DNA of 64,000 bases from contig CAXXFD010000004.1 of the NCBI GenBank assembly GCA_963662905.2, positions 194,172 through 258,171 on the forward strand, read 5' to 3'. The notes beneath the pieces are model-generated. The model had not been told where the DNA came from, did no database searches, and saw nothing but the letters and a program-made list of their open reading frames with translations. The stretch comes from Bacteroidales bacterium (GTDB lineage: Bacteria; Bacteroidota; Bacteroidia; Bacteroidales; WRLA01). How positions within the stretch are numbered: position 1 is the first letter of the stretch; the number at the start of each line of letters is the position of its first letter. Position numbers and translations under genes: made by a program. Below, in pieces: positions 44,956 through 56,300 of the stretch.

Positions 44956-46161
44956 TTACTCTGTATTCTCGCGTTGTTCGGCATTCTTATACTTGGTATC
45001 CTCACTGATTTTCATAGCAGTATCTTCGGAACCATCGGTATAAAAGTGCTTGCGCAGGGTTATGTGCTTTTTGGCAAAACTCGCGCCCACACTATCGTGC
45101 AATTTACGCATTTTTGGATTAAAATCACCAACCCATGAAAGTTCAATTTCTTTGTATTGCGGTTTGCGCTTCATGGTTTCGTTCATATGCCAAAACAGGC
45201 CGCTTTCAACGCCATAGCGCTGATATTGCGGCACAACGCCCATAATAGTAATGCGTGTACGGTTGATGACTTTATTTTTGATGCGCCACCACAGGCGTAA
45301 TTTGTTCAGCAGGTTCAGCTTACCGTTAAAAGGTTTGATGGCCTGATTGAGATCGGGGAACATAATTTCAAAAGCTACGGGTTCGCCTTCGTGATAGGCA
45401 TACCAGATCAGTTCCGGATCCATCACAGCTTTGGCATCTTTCATCTCGCGGATGACCACCTCACGGTTGATGGGCGTGAAATTCTCATGAAACTTCCAGG
45501 CTTCATTATAGATGTAGATAAAATCGTCCACGAATTTTTCCACATTATTAAAATCGAAATGCTTGTACTCAAATTTATTTTTGCTCAGCAGCCATTCGGC
45601 GATTTTCCAGAAGCGCTCCGGGAAAGGTTTGGTGAGGTCGAGGTGGTTGGTTACCTGCTCGAAGAAGGAACGGAAACCATATTCTTCAAAAAAGGACACA
45701 TAATATTCGGGATTATAGGACATTCCATAACCGGCCTGCATAAAACCATCCACCAGCAAGCCCCAGAAATTATCGTTTTCACCGAAATTTATCGGGCCGT
45801 CCATGGCTTCCATGCCGCGCTCTGCCAGCCAGTCTTTTGCCGTATCAAATAATTTAAACGCAGCCTCTTTATCGTTGATCACTTCAAAGAAACCCATTCC
45901 GCCGGTGGGCTGGTTGTAGTTATAGGCTTTGGCTTTATTGATGAATGCCGCCACGCGACCGATGAGCTGCCCGGCATCATTGCGCAAAACCCAGCGTGTA
46001 GCTTCGCCTTTTTTGAAAAACACATTTTTTTTCGGATCAAAAACCGCCTCGACGGTCATATCGAGCGGACAAACAAAATTTGGATCGTCTTTATAGATGA
46101 TACGCGCTACATCAAGGAAGTCCTGCGCGTCTTTGCGGCTCTTTACTTCAGTTAATTTCAT
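44956..46161 (-). CDS. Conserved hypothetical protein (possibly a GNAT-fold acyltransferase); not an ABC ATPase
   Basis: A 401-aa soluble protein with no Walker A/B motifs. I have only a weak recollection of similar ~400-aa Bacteroidota proteins annotated as GNAT family. Confidence 0.35.
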   Translation of the reverse strand: MKLTEVKSRKDAQDFLDVARIIYKDDPNFVCPLDMTVEAVFDPKKNVFFKKGEATRWVLRNDAGQLIGRVAAFINKAKAYNYNQPTGGMGFFEVINDKEAAFKLFDTAKDWLAERGMEAMDGPINFGENDNFWGLLVDGFMQAGYGMSYNPEYYVSFFEEYGFRSFFEQVTNHLDLTKPFPERFWKIAEWLLSKNKFEYKHFDFNNVEKFVDDFIYIYNEAWKFHENFTPINREVVIREMKDAKAVMDPELIWYAYHEGEPVAFEIMFPDLNQAIKPFNGKLNLLNKLRLWWRIKNKVINRTRITIMGVVPQYQRYGVESGLFWHMNETMKRKPQYKEIELSWVGDFNPKMRKLHDSVGASFAKKHITLRKHFYTDGSEDTAMKISEDTKYKNAEQRENTE

Positions 46162-46520
46162 AAGCAGTTAGCAGTTGATGGATCATAAAACAGTGTTCAG
46201 CAAAAATACTTAATTTTCTTTGCAATAAACTTTAGAACAATTGATTTTCAAGCTAGTGAAAATTGTGATATTACCCAATTTATACAAAACTTCTTCAAAA
46301 AAAGCATTTCAAGCTGTTATTTTTTACTTCAGATTTGCTGAAAAACCCTTTTTCTTCACAAAAAAAACTGTGGAGCAAAAAATTTTTCACAGGCAATCGG
46401 ACTCACAAAAATATTGATTTTTGAACGTTTGCCACAGAAAACCAGTAAGTATGGAATTAAAGCACCTATTTGTATCTATTCTAAATTAATTTCGAGCAAA
46501 ATGACTTTTTGGAAAAAGCC

Positions 46521-46528
46521 TACCTTTG
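46521..46528 (+). promoter_or_regulatory. Candidate -7 promoter box (TAnnTTTG) for the sdh/frd operon
   Basis: tacctttg lies about 100 nt upstream of the ATG at 46630. Confidence 0.3.
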
Positions 46529-46629
46529 TCCTTATTGTTCATATCTAATAATCTCGATACGAAAATTTTAGAATACGATCAGTAAATTACTGCGCAGACA
46601 ATAACCCGATTTAGTTCTGATAAACAAAA

Positions 46630-47319
46630 ATGATTATGAGTAACAAAGGATTTCATCAGGCCTCGATCACCAAAAAAATCATTATGGCCGTTGCAGGTTT
46701 ATTTTTGGTTGCTTTTTTGGTGGTACACCTGGCCATCAACTTGTTTATACTGCCCATTTCAGAAGAACACGTGGCAGTATTTGAAGAAGCCGTTCACTTC
46801 ATGACAAGCAATCCACTGATAAAAATCATGGAGATTGTGCTATTTGGCGGCTTCATCCTTCATGCCCTTTACGGCATCATCCTGCAGCTGCAAAACTGGG
46901 CTGCACGTCCGAAGCGCTACAAAGTCAGCGGCACTTCAGAGGAGACTTTCCTCTCGCGCTACATGATCCACACCGGACTGATCATTTTCACCTTTCTGGT
47001 GATCCATTTCATCAACTTTTATTTTGTAAAGCTGGGATGGACCGATGCGCCAACAGGTGTAAATGCCGTCAGGGACAATCATGATTTTTATAATATGGCT
47101 GTAAACCTCTTCAGCAACAGCACCTATTCGATTATTTATATCGTGCTTTTGCTTTTCCTCGGTTTCCACCTCTATCATGCTTTCCAGTCGGCATTCCAGA
47201 CGCTGGGGTTGACACACAGCAAATACACGCCCGCCATCAAGCTGATCGGCACTATATATACCATTCTTGTTACACTGGGTTTTATAAGCATCCCACTGTA
47301 TTTTTTAATTAACGCTTAG
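46630..47319 (+). CDS. sdhC: Succinate dehydrogenase/fumarate reductase cytochrome b subunit (Bacteroidota/b558 type)
   Basis: A five-TM protein with conserved His in the TM helices ([31 protein letters not shown]). First gene of the CAB operon. Confidence 0.85.
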   Translation: MIMSNKGFHQASITKKIIMAVAGLFLVAFLVVHLAINLFILPISEEHVAVFEEAVHFMTSNPLIKIMEIVLFGGFILHALYGIILQLQNWAARPKRYKVSGTSEETFLSRYMIHTGLIIFTFLVIHFINFYFVKLGWTDAPTGVNAVRDNHDFYNMAVNLFSNSTYSIIYIVLLLFLGFHLYHAFQSAFQTLGLTHSKYTPAIKLIGTIYTILVTLGFISIPLYFLINA

Positions 47320-47348
47320 TTTTTGAACCCCTAAAACGACCGTTCAAC

Positions 47349-49283
47349 ATGACAAAACTGGATTCAAAAATACCTCAAGGCCACATAGCTCAAAAGTGGA
47401 CCAATTATAAAGCCGAACAAAAACTGGTTAACCCTGCCAACAAACGTAAACTCGACATTATCGTTGTTGGAACAGGACTGGCCGGAGCTGCTGCTGCAGC
47501 AAGTTTTGGTGAGCTGGGTTTTAACGTAAAGAACTTCTGCATTCAGGACAGCCCGCGCCGTGCGCACAGTATTGCAGCACAAGGCGGTATCAATGCCGCC
47601 AAAAACTATCCGAATGATGGCGACAGCATTTACAGGCTGTTTTATGATACCGTAAAAGGCGGCGATTACCGAGCCCGTGAAGCCAATGTATATCGTTTGG
47701 CCGAAGTCAGCAACGACATCATCGACCAGTGTGTGGCACAAGGCGTTCCTTTTGCACGCGAATACAGCGGATACCTCGATAACCGCTCATTTGGCGGTGC
47801 GCAGGTTAGCCGTACATTTTACGCTCGGGGCCAAACCGGACAGCAGCTCCTTTTAGGCGCTTATGGCGCATTGAGCAAAGAAATTGACCGTGGACATGTA
47901 GAGATGTTCACCCGCGAAGAAATGATGGACGTGGTGATTATTGATGGCCGTGCACGCGGCATCATCACACGCAACCTGGTTACCGGGGAACTCAAACGCT
48001 ATTTCGCACATGCAGTAGTTATTGCTACCGGCGGATACGGCAATGTTTTCTTCCTCTCCACCAATGCAATGGGATCAAACGGCACAGCCGCATGGAAAAG
48101 CCATAAAAAAGGCGCTTATTTCGGAAATCCCTGCTTTGTGCAGATCCACCCGACCTGTATCCCTGTCCATGGCGATTATCAGTCGAAGCTTACGCTGATG
48201 AGTGAAAGTCTTCGTAATGACGGGCGCATCTGGGTGCCAAAGAAAAAGGAAGATGCCGAAAAAATCCGCAAAGGCCAGCTGAGTCCAACCGATTTGAAAG
48301 AAGAAGACCGTGATTACTATCTTGAGCGCCGTTATCCCGCATTCGGAAACCTCGTGCCCCGCGATGTGGCATCACGTGCTGCCAAAGAACGCTGCGATGC
48401 CGGATTTGGCGTGGGAACAGGACTGGCGGTTTATCTCGATTTCAAGCACGCCATCGAACGCCTCGGCAAAGATGTGATTGAAGCACGCTATGGAAACCTT
48501 TTCCAGATGTACGAAAAAATTACGGCCGAAAACCCTTATGAAACTCCAATGATGATCTATCCCGCCATTCACTATTCAATGGGCGGCCTGTGGGTAGATT
48601 ACGAACTGCAAACTACCATCCCCGGACTTTTCGCTGCCGGTGAAGCCAATTTCTCCGACCACGGCGCCAACCGCCTCGGAGCTTCCGCGCTGATGCAAGG
48701 ATTGGCCGATGGCTATTTTGTACTTCCATATACGATTCAAAACTACCTTGCCGACCAGATTTCCATCCCGGCAATCCCAACCGACCATCCCGAATTTGAA
48801 AAATCAGAAAAAGAAGTCGATGCGCTGCTGAAAAAGCTCATGGGAATCAAGGGAAGCAAAACCGTAGACCATTTCCACAAAAAACTTGGCCACATTATGT
48901 GGGACAAAGTAGGTATGGCGCGGAACGGAAAAGCCCTGAAAGAAGCCATTGAAGAAATCAAAGTATTGCGCGAAGAATTCTGGAAGGATGTAAAAATCCC
49001 CGGAACGCTCGACGGTATGAATACCGAGCTTGAAAAAGCCGTTCGTGTTGCCGACTTCCTGGAGCTGGGCGAACTCATGGCCAAAGACGCGCTGCACCGC
49101 GAAGAAAGCTGTGGCGGCCACTTCCGCGAAGAATACCAGACCGGTGAAGGCGAAGCGCTGCGTAACGACAAAGACTTTACTTATGCTGCCGCATGGGAGT
49201 TTAAAGATGGCGATTACGTACTGCACAAAGAAGACCTGAACTATGAATATATTGAGGTAAAAACCCGAAACTACAAATCATAG
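47349..49283 (+). CDS. sdhA: Fumarate reductase/succinate dehydrogenase flavoprotein subunit
   Basis: FAD-binding motif [15 protein letters not shown]. Covalent-FAD His context [14 protein letters not shown]. Active-site region HPT ... RNDGRIW, and [10 protein letters not shown]. Confidence 0.95.
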   Translation: MTKLDSKIPQGHIAQKWTNYKAEQKLVNPANKRKLDIIVVGTGLAGAAAAASFGELGFNVKNFCIQDSPRRAHSIAAQGGINAAKNYPNDGDSIYRLFYDTVKGGDYRAREANVYRLAEVSNDIIDQCVAQGVPFAREYSGYLDNRSFGGAQVSRTFYARGQTGQQLLLGAYGALSKEIDRGHVEMFTREEMMDVVIIDGRARGIITRNLVTGELKRYFAHAVVIATGGYGNVFFLSTNAMGSNGTAAWKSHKKGAYFGNPCFVQIHPTCIPVHGDYQSKLTLMSESLRNDGRIWVPKKKEDAEKIRKGQLSPTDLKEEDRDYYLERRYPAFGNLVPRDVASRAAKERCDAGFGVGTGLAVYLDFKHAIERLGKDVIEARYGNLFQMYEKITAENPYETPMMIYPAIHYSMGGLWVDYELQTTIPGLFAAGEANFSDHGANRLGASALMQGLADGYFVLPYTIQNYLADQISIPAIPTDHPEFEKSEKEVDALLKKLMGIKGSKTVDHFHKKLGHIMWDKVGMARNGKALKEAIEEIKVLREEFWKDVKIPGTLDGMNTELEKAVRVADFLELGELMAKDALHREESCGGHFREEYQTGEGEALRNDKDFTYAAAWEFKDGDYVLHKEDLNYEYIEVKTRNYKS

Positions 49284-49348
49284 GGGCTGTTTGCCGCTTG
49301 TAATTTTATGTAATCCGGAGGGCAACACCTCCACAAAACAAGCACGAT

Positions 49349-50104
49349 ATGGATTTTACATTAAAAGTTTGGAGACAAAAAAACGCAGCCGATAAAGGCC
49401 GCTTCGAATCATATCCGCTCAGTGGTATTTCCGCTGACGCTTCATTTCTCGAAATGATGGACATCCTCAACGAGCAACTCGTTGAAAAAGGCGAAGAGCC
49501 CATTGCATTTGACCATGATTGCCGCGAAGGAATCTGCGGGATGTGCAGCCTCTACATCAACGGAAGGCCACACGGCCCCGATGAAGGCATCACCACCTGC
49601 CAGATGCATATGCGCCGTTTCACCGACGGACAAACCATTACCATCGAGCCCTGGCGCGCAAAGCCGTTCCCGGTAATCAAAGACCTGATTGTGGACCGCA
49701 CCGCCTTTGATGAAATAATCCGCGCCGGCGGTTATACTTCCGCTTCAACCGGCGGCGTACCCGATGCCAATGCCATTCCCATCAATAAGGAAGATGCCGA
49801 CCTGGCCATGGATGCCGCAGCATGTATCGGTTGTGGCGCTTGTGTGGCTTCCTGCAAAAATGCTTCGGCCATGCTTTTTGTTTCGGCAAAAGTGAGCCAG
49901 TTTGCATTGCTGCCACAAGGTAAAGTGGAAGCGCAGGAACGCGTTCAGCGCATGGTTGCGAAAATGGACGAGCTTGGATTTGGCAATTGCACCAATACCT
50001 ATGCATGCGAAGCAGAGTGCCCGAAAAACATCCACCGCAGCAATATTGCACGCATGAACCGCGAGTTTATTGCAGCAGGTTTTTGCGCATCCAAGAAAAA
50101 ATAG
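49349..50104 (+). CDS. sdhB: Succinate dehydrogenase/fumarate reductase iron-sulfur subunit
   Basis: 2Fe-2S Cys cluster [10 protein letters not shown] ... C. Ferredoxin-type clusters [11 protein letters not shown] and [12 protein letters not shown]. Confidence 0.95.
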   Translation: MDFTLKVWRQKNAADKGRFESYPLSGISADASFLEMMDILNEQLVEKGEEPIAFDHDCREGICGMCSLYINGRPHGPDEGITTCQMHMRRFTDGQTITIEPWRAKPFPVIKDLIVDRTAFDEIIRAGGYTSASTGGVPDANAIPINKEDADLAMDAAACIGCGACVASCKNASAMLFVSAKVSQFALLPQGKVEAQERVQRMVAKMDELGFGNCTNTYACEAECPKNIHRSNIARMNREFIAAGFCASKKK

Positions 50105-50129
50105 ATACTCCAACATCTCAATAAAACGC

Positions 50130-50162
50130 AAGCCGGAACCTGATGGGTTTCGGCTTTTTTGA
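50130..50162 (+). terminator. Rho-independent terminator of the sdh/frd operon
   Basis: aagccggaacc - tgatg - ggtttcggctt followed by tttttt. Confidence 0.65.
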
Positions 50163-50249
50163 TGTTGGTTTTAAAGGATGTAAGCTCTTTTGGGTTTCCT
50201 TTATTAGTATTTGGGAGGAGGGTCCAAAACACAATTTCCGGTAATTGGA

Positions 50250-50620
50250 GTGGAGGGTTGAGTTCCCTCGAGCTCAATGCTCAGGAAGATGCTCCATTGT
50301 GGAATTCCCGGGAATGGGGGTTTAGGGCTTTGAAATGAGAGGGCGGTAGCATCATTGAGTTCCCTCGCTTTGTGCTCGGGAAGGCGCTCCATACTACAAT
50401 TTCCTATAATTGTGAATGGAGCGTCCTTTCGACGAGCGCAGTGAGGAGAAACCCCAAAATCCCCCAACACCATTCCCCTCTAATTGTAATTTTGATTCTG
50501 ATTTAGAGGGCGGTAGCATCATTGAGTTCCCTCGCTTTGTGCTCGGGAGGACGCTCAATTGTGGAATTATAGAAAATTGTATTATGGGCGTCCTTTCGAC
50601 GAACTTAGTGAGGAGCAACT
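50250..50620. repeat. Cluster of hairpin-forming intergenic repeats, including two tandem units with a 167-bp period
   Basis: The units starting at 50338 and 50505 share 45 identical leading nt (agagggcggtagcatcattgagttccctcgctttgtgctcggga). Both share a second block (ggagcgtcctttcgacgagcgcagtgaggag / gggcgtcctttcgacgaacttagtgaggag). A diverged third copy lies at 50252..50306. A 12-bp palindrome attcccgggaat lies at 50304..50315. Confidence 0.6.
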
Positions 50621-50669
50621 CAAAAATCCGACAAGCCAATATTAATAAAACCAATCGGTTACACCGGAT

Positions 50670-50948
50670 TTAAGAAACCGGACTAATGCGGCCAATGGCA
50701 CAGCTCAAGACGGATTTGGCTTTATGGCCTATACTTCCTTCATCGAGCGGTGGATATCCCAGTCCGCTCATAATACGGACAATATGGTGGTCACTGATTT
50801 TTTCTTCATCATAAGAAACAGTTACAGAAGACTCTGAAAAATTAATATCTACCTCACTTACACCTTCTTCCGACATCAGTTTTCGGGTAATTGTATTTGC
50901 GCAGCCCCGGCAACGCAGGTTGTCTATTTGAAAAGCTGTTGAATTCAT
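50670..50948 (-). CDS. Heavy-metal-associated (HMA) domain protein, CopZ-like
   Basis: MNSTAFQIDNLRCRGCANTITRKL has CxxC in the usual HMA position, with a ferredoxin-like length. The alternative upstream ATG at 50984 adds 12 aa. Confidence 0.7.
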   Translation of the reverse strand: MNSTAFQIDNLRCRGCANTITRKLMSEEGVSEVDINFSESSVTVSYDEEKISDHHIVRIMSGLGYPPLDEGSIGHKAKSVLSCAIGRISPVS

Positions 50949-51038
50949 CTTTATTGGGTTTTTCTTTGCTATAAATTTACCCATAAAAACAATTTGTCTT
51001 TATGTTTGCGCAGGGCTTAACAAAAATTTCACATTAGA

Positions 51039-53300
51039 TCAGAAAGGATATCCCAGCGCTACATTCAAAATCAGGTTGTTTTTTCTCCAGGACGATTTTC
51101 CCAGGGCAATATCATCAATTACCCAGCCATTGTTTTTTTCGATCCAGGGTTTGCGCAGGGGGAAGGCAAAATCAAAACGGAGCAGGAGGAAACTGAAATC
51201 GAGGCGGAATCCTGTTCCTGCGCCCACTGCGAGTTCTTTGTAAAAGCTGTCAAAATGGAAACGTGCATCTTCGCCTTGTCCGTCATTGATCATCCAGATA
51301 TTGCCTGCATCCACAAAAAATGCCCCTTTAAGGAATCCGGCAATGGGAAAACGATACTCGGCATTGAGCTCCAGTTTTACTTCACCGGTTTGGTTGTTGG
51401 TAATCTGGTCTTCGGCTTCTTCGGGCGGCGTGAGGGTTCCCGGCCCGATGGAGCGGGCATAAAAAGCGCGCAGCCCGTCCGGCCCTCCGGAATAAAACTG
51501 CCTGATATAGGGCAAAGCATCTGAATTTCCATAGGGGATTCCGGCGCCATTAAAAAAGCGCAAAGCCAGTCTGCTTTTGCCGGGTTTGCCAATATAATAG
51601 CGGAAATCGGCCTCATAACGGAAATACTGAGAGAAGGGCTGGCCTGCAAAAGTATAATAACCGCTATCGCTCTTTTGGGCGCCCAGCACATCCGACATCA
51701 ACGAAAAAAGATTTCCGGCAAATTCCGTTTTCACCGAAGCATAATAATTGCTTTGCAAAGCGGCATCGCTAAAATTATTAATCACAATTTTATACCATCC
51801 TGCCGGGATGAACTGTTCTTCAAAACTCTGCCGCATATATGGATTTTCTATCATAATGGAATCGAGCTGCGCTGATGTTTCCAGGAGTTTCACATAAGTC
51901 AGCTCAAAAGGAGAGAAATAATGTCCGAGGCTTTTTTTCCGGCTGATGCGGTACACCAAGGAGGTTTTGCCGGAAGCAATGGTGTAAACCCCTACCCTGT
52001 CCTGCATTTTCCCGCCAAGCTGAAGGCTTGTGGTCACATCCGAAGTGCGGTCGCCACTCAAACTATGAAAAGGGAAAAACCGTGGAAAAGCCAGCTCTGA
52101 ATTCAAACCGATAGAGTAAAAATACTCATCCCTATTCCCGATCTGCATCTGATACTGGGCATCTAATTGAATACTAAGAACTTCTGCGCCTCCAAAAATA
52201 TTTCTTTGTGTTAATCCCAGATTTACCCCGGGACCGGTATAATTATTTGTAGCGGTACTGAAATCAACACTGGCGTTGAAGCTGAGCGGATAACGGGAAA
52301 CCAGATCAAAATGCACATCCAGCGAATCCGTATTTTCAAAACGATTGATTGAAGGCTTCACATAGCGCAAAATACCCAGGGACGAAAGCTTATCATAAGT
52401 CTGCTTATAGTTATGTTTGCTGTAAACGGCTCCCGGTTCAATAAAATTCCGGCGCAGCAGCACTTCCGGGCGCAGGAAGCCATCTGTAATAATCGTTGTT
52501 GCGCCAAAACGGAGCGTATCATTCGATGGATCGGCCGGTTTGTAGGTTGCATTCAAGATCAGTTTACGGAAATAATATTTACGAAAAGCCATTTCCGGCG
52601 TTTCCGGATTGATCATCAGCTGTAAAGCGACATTTCGGCTGCCCAGCGAACTATCGGCTGCAAAAAACAAATAATTATCAGAGAAATAATAATAGCCCGA
52701 CGATTGCAAAGCGGAAGCAATGCGTTCCCGTTCGTCCTGCAAAGCGCTTAAACGGTAAATATCTCCTTTCTTCAAACTTGTATTGCGCAGCACCACTTTT
52801 AAAACACTGTCATCCAGCGGTGTAACAGCAGGCCATACAATACTGTCGATATGGTAAGGCTGCAGGCCGGAAGCAGTATAGAACACTTTGGCGGTTCTTT
52901 TTTGTTTCTCCACAGAGGCCGAAACTTCCGCATTAAAATATCCATCATGAAACAAATGGTTTTGCATCACTGCGGCAACTTGTTGGGGATCAAAATCTGA
53001 CAGCAGAACAGTTTTTTGTCCAAAAGTCTTGCGGATCCATTTTCGGATGGGGCCTTTCACCGAATCCCCGATGCTCTGATAAACCCACAATTGGGGGCGC
53101 ATGCCAAAAAGGCTGGAATTGGGCTCAGGTGTCAACACTTCCTCCATAATTTTTTCGGCTTTCCGGCTTTCTTTTTCCGTTTCAGGGATTTCTATTGTTC
53201 CGCTGGTGTAGAGGAATTCCCCTTCCGGGATTTTGCGCAGACCTGTGCATGATGAAAGAAAGGCAAGGATCAACATTAAATAAAATATCTTATTTTTCAT
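51039..53300 (-). CDS. tamA: BamA/TamA-family outer membrane protein (translocation and assembly module)
   Basis: Lipoprotein-like signal (LSSCTG), POTRA-like N-terminal region, and an Omp85-type barrel ending ...LNVALGYPF. It overlaps the end of the tamB-like gene by 11 nt. Confidence 0.75.
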   Translation of the reverse strand: MKNKIFYLMLILAFLSSCTGLRKIPEGEFLYTSGTIEIPETEKESRKAEKIMEEVLTPEPNSSLFGMRPQLWVYQSIGDSVKGPIRKWIRKTFGQKTVLLSDFDPQQVAAVMQNHLFHDGYFNAEVSASVEKQKRTAKVFYTASGLQPYHIDSIVWPAVTPLDDSVLKVVLRNTSLKKGDIYRLSALQDERERIASALQSSGYYYFSDNYLFFAADSSLGSRNVALQLMINPETPEMAFRKYYFRKLILNATYKPADPSNDTLRFGATTIITDGFLRPEVLLRRNFIEPGAVYSKHNYKQTYDKLSSLGILRYVKPSINRFENTDSLDVHFDLVSRYPLSFNASVDFSTATNNYTGPGVNLGLTQRNIFGGAEVLSIQLDAQYQMQIGNRDEYFYSIGLNSELAFPRFFPFHSLSGDRTSDVTTSLQLGGKMQDRVGVYTIASGKTSLVYRISRKKSLGHYFSPFELTYVKLLETSAQLDSIMIENPYMRQSFEEQFIPAGWYKIVINNFSDAALQSNYYASVKTEFAGNLFSLMSDVLGAQKSDSGYYTFAGQPFSQYFRYEADFRYYIGKPGKSRLALRFFNGAGIPYGNSDALPYIRQFYSGGPDGLRAFYARSIGPGTLTPPEEAEDQITNNQTGEVKLELNAEYRFPIAGFLKGAFFVDAGNIWMINDGQGEDARFHFDSFYKELAVGAGTGFRLDFSFLLLRFDFAFPLRKPWIEKNNGWVIDDIALGKSSWRKNNLILNVALGYPF

Positions 53301-56300
53301 CTTTTGCCTCCTTCCTCTTTTTTAGCATAAACTCCTTTTCATACATCAGCGAAAGCCCTGTTTGGTCGATAGAACCATCGATCAGGTCCCAGCTGTTTTC
53401 GCGATACGCTTTGATGCGGAAACGCCCGTCGGGAGTAAGGTCGTAAATAACGGCATAATTTCCGGCCAGCTCATTTACCCCTTCCTGGCGTGCCGTTTCA
53501 TTATCGCTCAAAGCGAAATTTTCCCCTACTTTCACCTGCAGGCGATCATTGAAAAAGCGTTTGCTCACATTGAGCTCGAGCTGTGTTGCCGCATCGCCAC
53601 CGCCTTCGGATGCAGCATAATCTTCGAGGTTCATTTCGATATCCACTCCTTTGAGGAATCGTCCCGACAGGCGCTCCAACTGACTGTTCATCAATCCATT
53701 TACGCTGCTAAGTGCCACATCACGCGCCATAGCGGATGCCGGATCGTTCCCGCCCGAAGCATCCGAAAGGAAGCTGTTGAACACCAAAACGCCAAAGACT
53801 TGTTTGTTCAGCTCGTCCGCATTGCCATCGCGGTTGAGTTCCTGCACGTAGGCATCCACATCAGGAAACTGCGAACGGTATTCCTTGTCCATACTCAGGC
53901 CAAAGGAAATCTGTGGCTCCAGCATACTGCCCTTCATGTAGAGCATCACTGTAAATGGAATTTTCTGGCGATAGCGCTGTTTTTGTGCTTCGGATAATTG
54001 CGAAACCTGGGTCAGTATCAAATTTAAAGGCGAAACCCGTGTGCTGTATTTCGTTCCGATATCCATATTGGCATCGGATGGCGAGCCATACCAATTGATA
54101 TAACTTCCCGGGATTACATCAAATTTTTTGCGTACCAGATTGTAAAAAGACATGCGGTAAAATCCGGAAGAAACTTCATAGCGGCCGGCCATGCGTATGC
54201 TTCCGTCGCGGTTCATATCAAGATCCAGGTCGGCATCACCGCGGATTTCGATATAATCTTCGGAAGAAAAATCGGCATAAAGCCGAAAAACAGCCTCTTT
54301 ATCTACTTTGATATTGCTTTGGATTTTCAAGCCGCGGAAACCACTTTTCACAACCACGCTGTCCTTTTTTAATTCCAGGACTTTATTGCCGGGCAGTTGG
54401 GGCACAAATTCCACCACACCCTCATCATCGACCATATTAAGCCGGTCCGGGGCATAGATATAGGTAAAATCGGAGCCTTTGTTCAGCTTAAGCTCAGCCA
54501 CAGCTACCGGTTCATCCAGGCTGCCACTGATGTTCAGTTTCACATCGGCATTAACATGGCCGTAATAAGGCAGATCGGTTTTGCGCTCTGTATTTACGAA
54601 AGTAAATTGCTTGGCATCCATCTGGAAATCAAGCTTCAAGCTTGTATCATTCTCAGGTTTCACAATCCCTCCGTTGATGTGGATCCTCTGCCCTGCTTCA
54701 TCTTCGAGCTGAAAATCATCGAACTGCAGGGTGTTCCTGTCGAATTTAATTTTCTCGTTGCCAAGGCGGTAAGTCGTGTTGAGCGCTGCCAGGCGGATAG
54801 AAGCCTCACTGAAATGAACCTGCCCCTGCAGATCATTTGCATCTTTAAAAGAAAGATGAGCGAGCAATTCCCCTCCGGCTTTGGGAATGTCATTGGGCAT
54901 AAACACAGGCAATGCCGATAAATCAAAACGCTTCAGATCTGCATCAAGCTGGAATTTATCGCTTGAATAGAACGCATTTGCCGTCATATCAAAATATTCC
55001 CCATCGGCGACGGCTGTGATTTTTTGCCCCCCATCTTCCGGAAAAAGGGATGCAGAAAGATTGAGTGGCGGCAAGTCCTGATAAACCACATCTTTGAGTT
55101 TCAGTTCGATGATGCGGGCAGTATCATCAGCCATTTTAAAATCCAGATCCATTTTTGCATCAAAAGGCAAAGCTCCTGTTTCGCCCTTGAAAGCAGATAA
55201 TAAATTATCCAGATCAAAATCCCTGATCAACAACTCATTGTGCAGGCTGTCTTTTTGAAATTCCAGTTTTTCCTTTTGATGCACCAATTGCATGGCAGCT
55301 CTTTGGATTCCACTTGAATCAAAAACCAGATAATTCCGGTCTTCATTTTTCTCCCAGGATTTCCCTGCGATAATCAAGCTGTCCAATGCGAGGTGCCAGA
55401 CCATATTTTTTTGACTTCCTTTGATTTGTATATCCAGGTCGGGCACAGTATCTCCGAGTTTGAAGCCCGCATGAAGCGTGGAATCTTTGAAACTCATTTC
55501 CCAATTCAGCGGTCCTGCATTAATGGTATCATAGGATATTTGAGCGAACTGCAATCCGGAAAAAATGCGCATACTATCGAGGCTCAGATCCAGCCGCATA
55601 TCGCTCAGCCTCAATTTATCATATTCCAGAACCGGCATGCTTGCAGTAATTTCAAAATGCTGATCTTGCTCCCTGTAAGCCATATTAATCCCACTGAATT
55701 CGGCCTGTTTTAAATCGGGCAGGAAATAATCGCGGACAGGAGAAGTACCATGCAACTGAATACTTGCAGTACATTCCGTTTCGCCGGGTTCACGATCGTA
55801 AAGCCCATGCAAATAATCCTGATAAAAATCCTGCAAAGATTGCAGCAAGACTTCAGGTTTTCGGTTGGCTTCAAGGGACACATTTAAAATACCGGACGTA
55901 ATTTTCAGATCGGAAAGTGTATCAGAGCTCAAAAAACGGGCCTCGAAAGGAGCAAGCTCAAAGCGCTTATTATCAACCCACAAACCCGAATTATAAATAT
56001 CAATCCCGGCTGTTTGCGTGCCTAATGTATCGCTCCAGCTCATCTTACAATTACCCCAGATGGAAGGCAATGGGCGGTCATGGAAATAATCCAGGCGAAC
56101 ATCCTTTATCGCTAATTCTGCATCGGCATTATATTGGTTGCCACTTGCAGTAATGATTAAATCAGCATACTCTGAAAAAGTTTGCAATTGCAGTTTTCCC
56201 CAACTATTTTCCCAATTAGCACGCAAGATCAGGCTGTCGAAATCTGCCCTGCGGTATGAAATATCGGAAAAACTGCACTTCAAATCTGCTGTGGCGGTTG

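Noticed and set aside
44956-46161. Considered as ccmA because it sits directly upstream of ccmB
   Set aside because: It has no Walker A/B or ABC signature motif, and at 401 aa its composition does not fit an ABC ATPase.
46162-46629. Long 468-nt leader upstream of sdhC, checked for a riboswitch or Fnr/Crp-type palindrome
   Set aside because: It has only A/T runs and short imperfect repeats (ctgtgg/ccacag, ttgattttt gaac). I could not defend any site as a conserved structure or binding site without a covariance or motif search.
50204-50654. Two overlapping minus-strand ORFs of 86-89 aa
   Set aside because: They are built entirely from the intergenic repeat units. Their similarity reflects DNA repeats rather than protein conservation.
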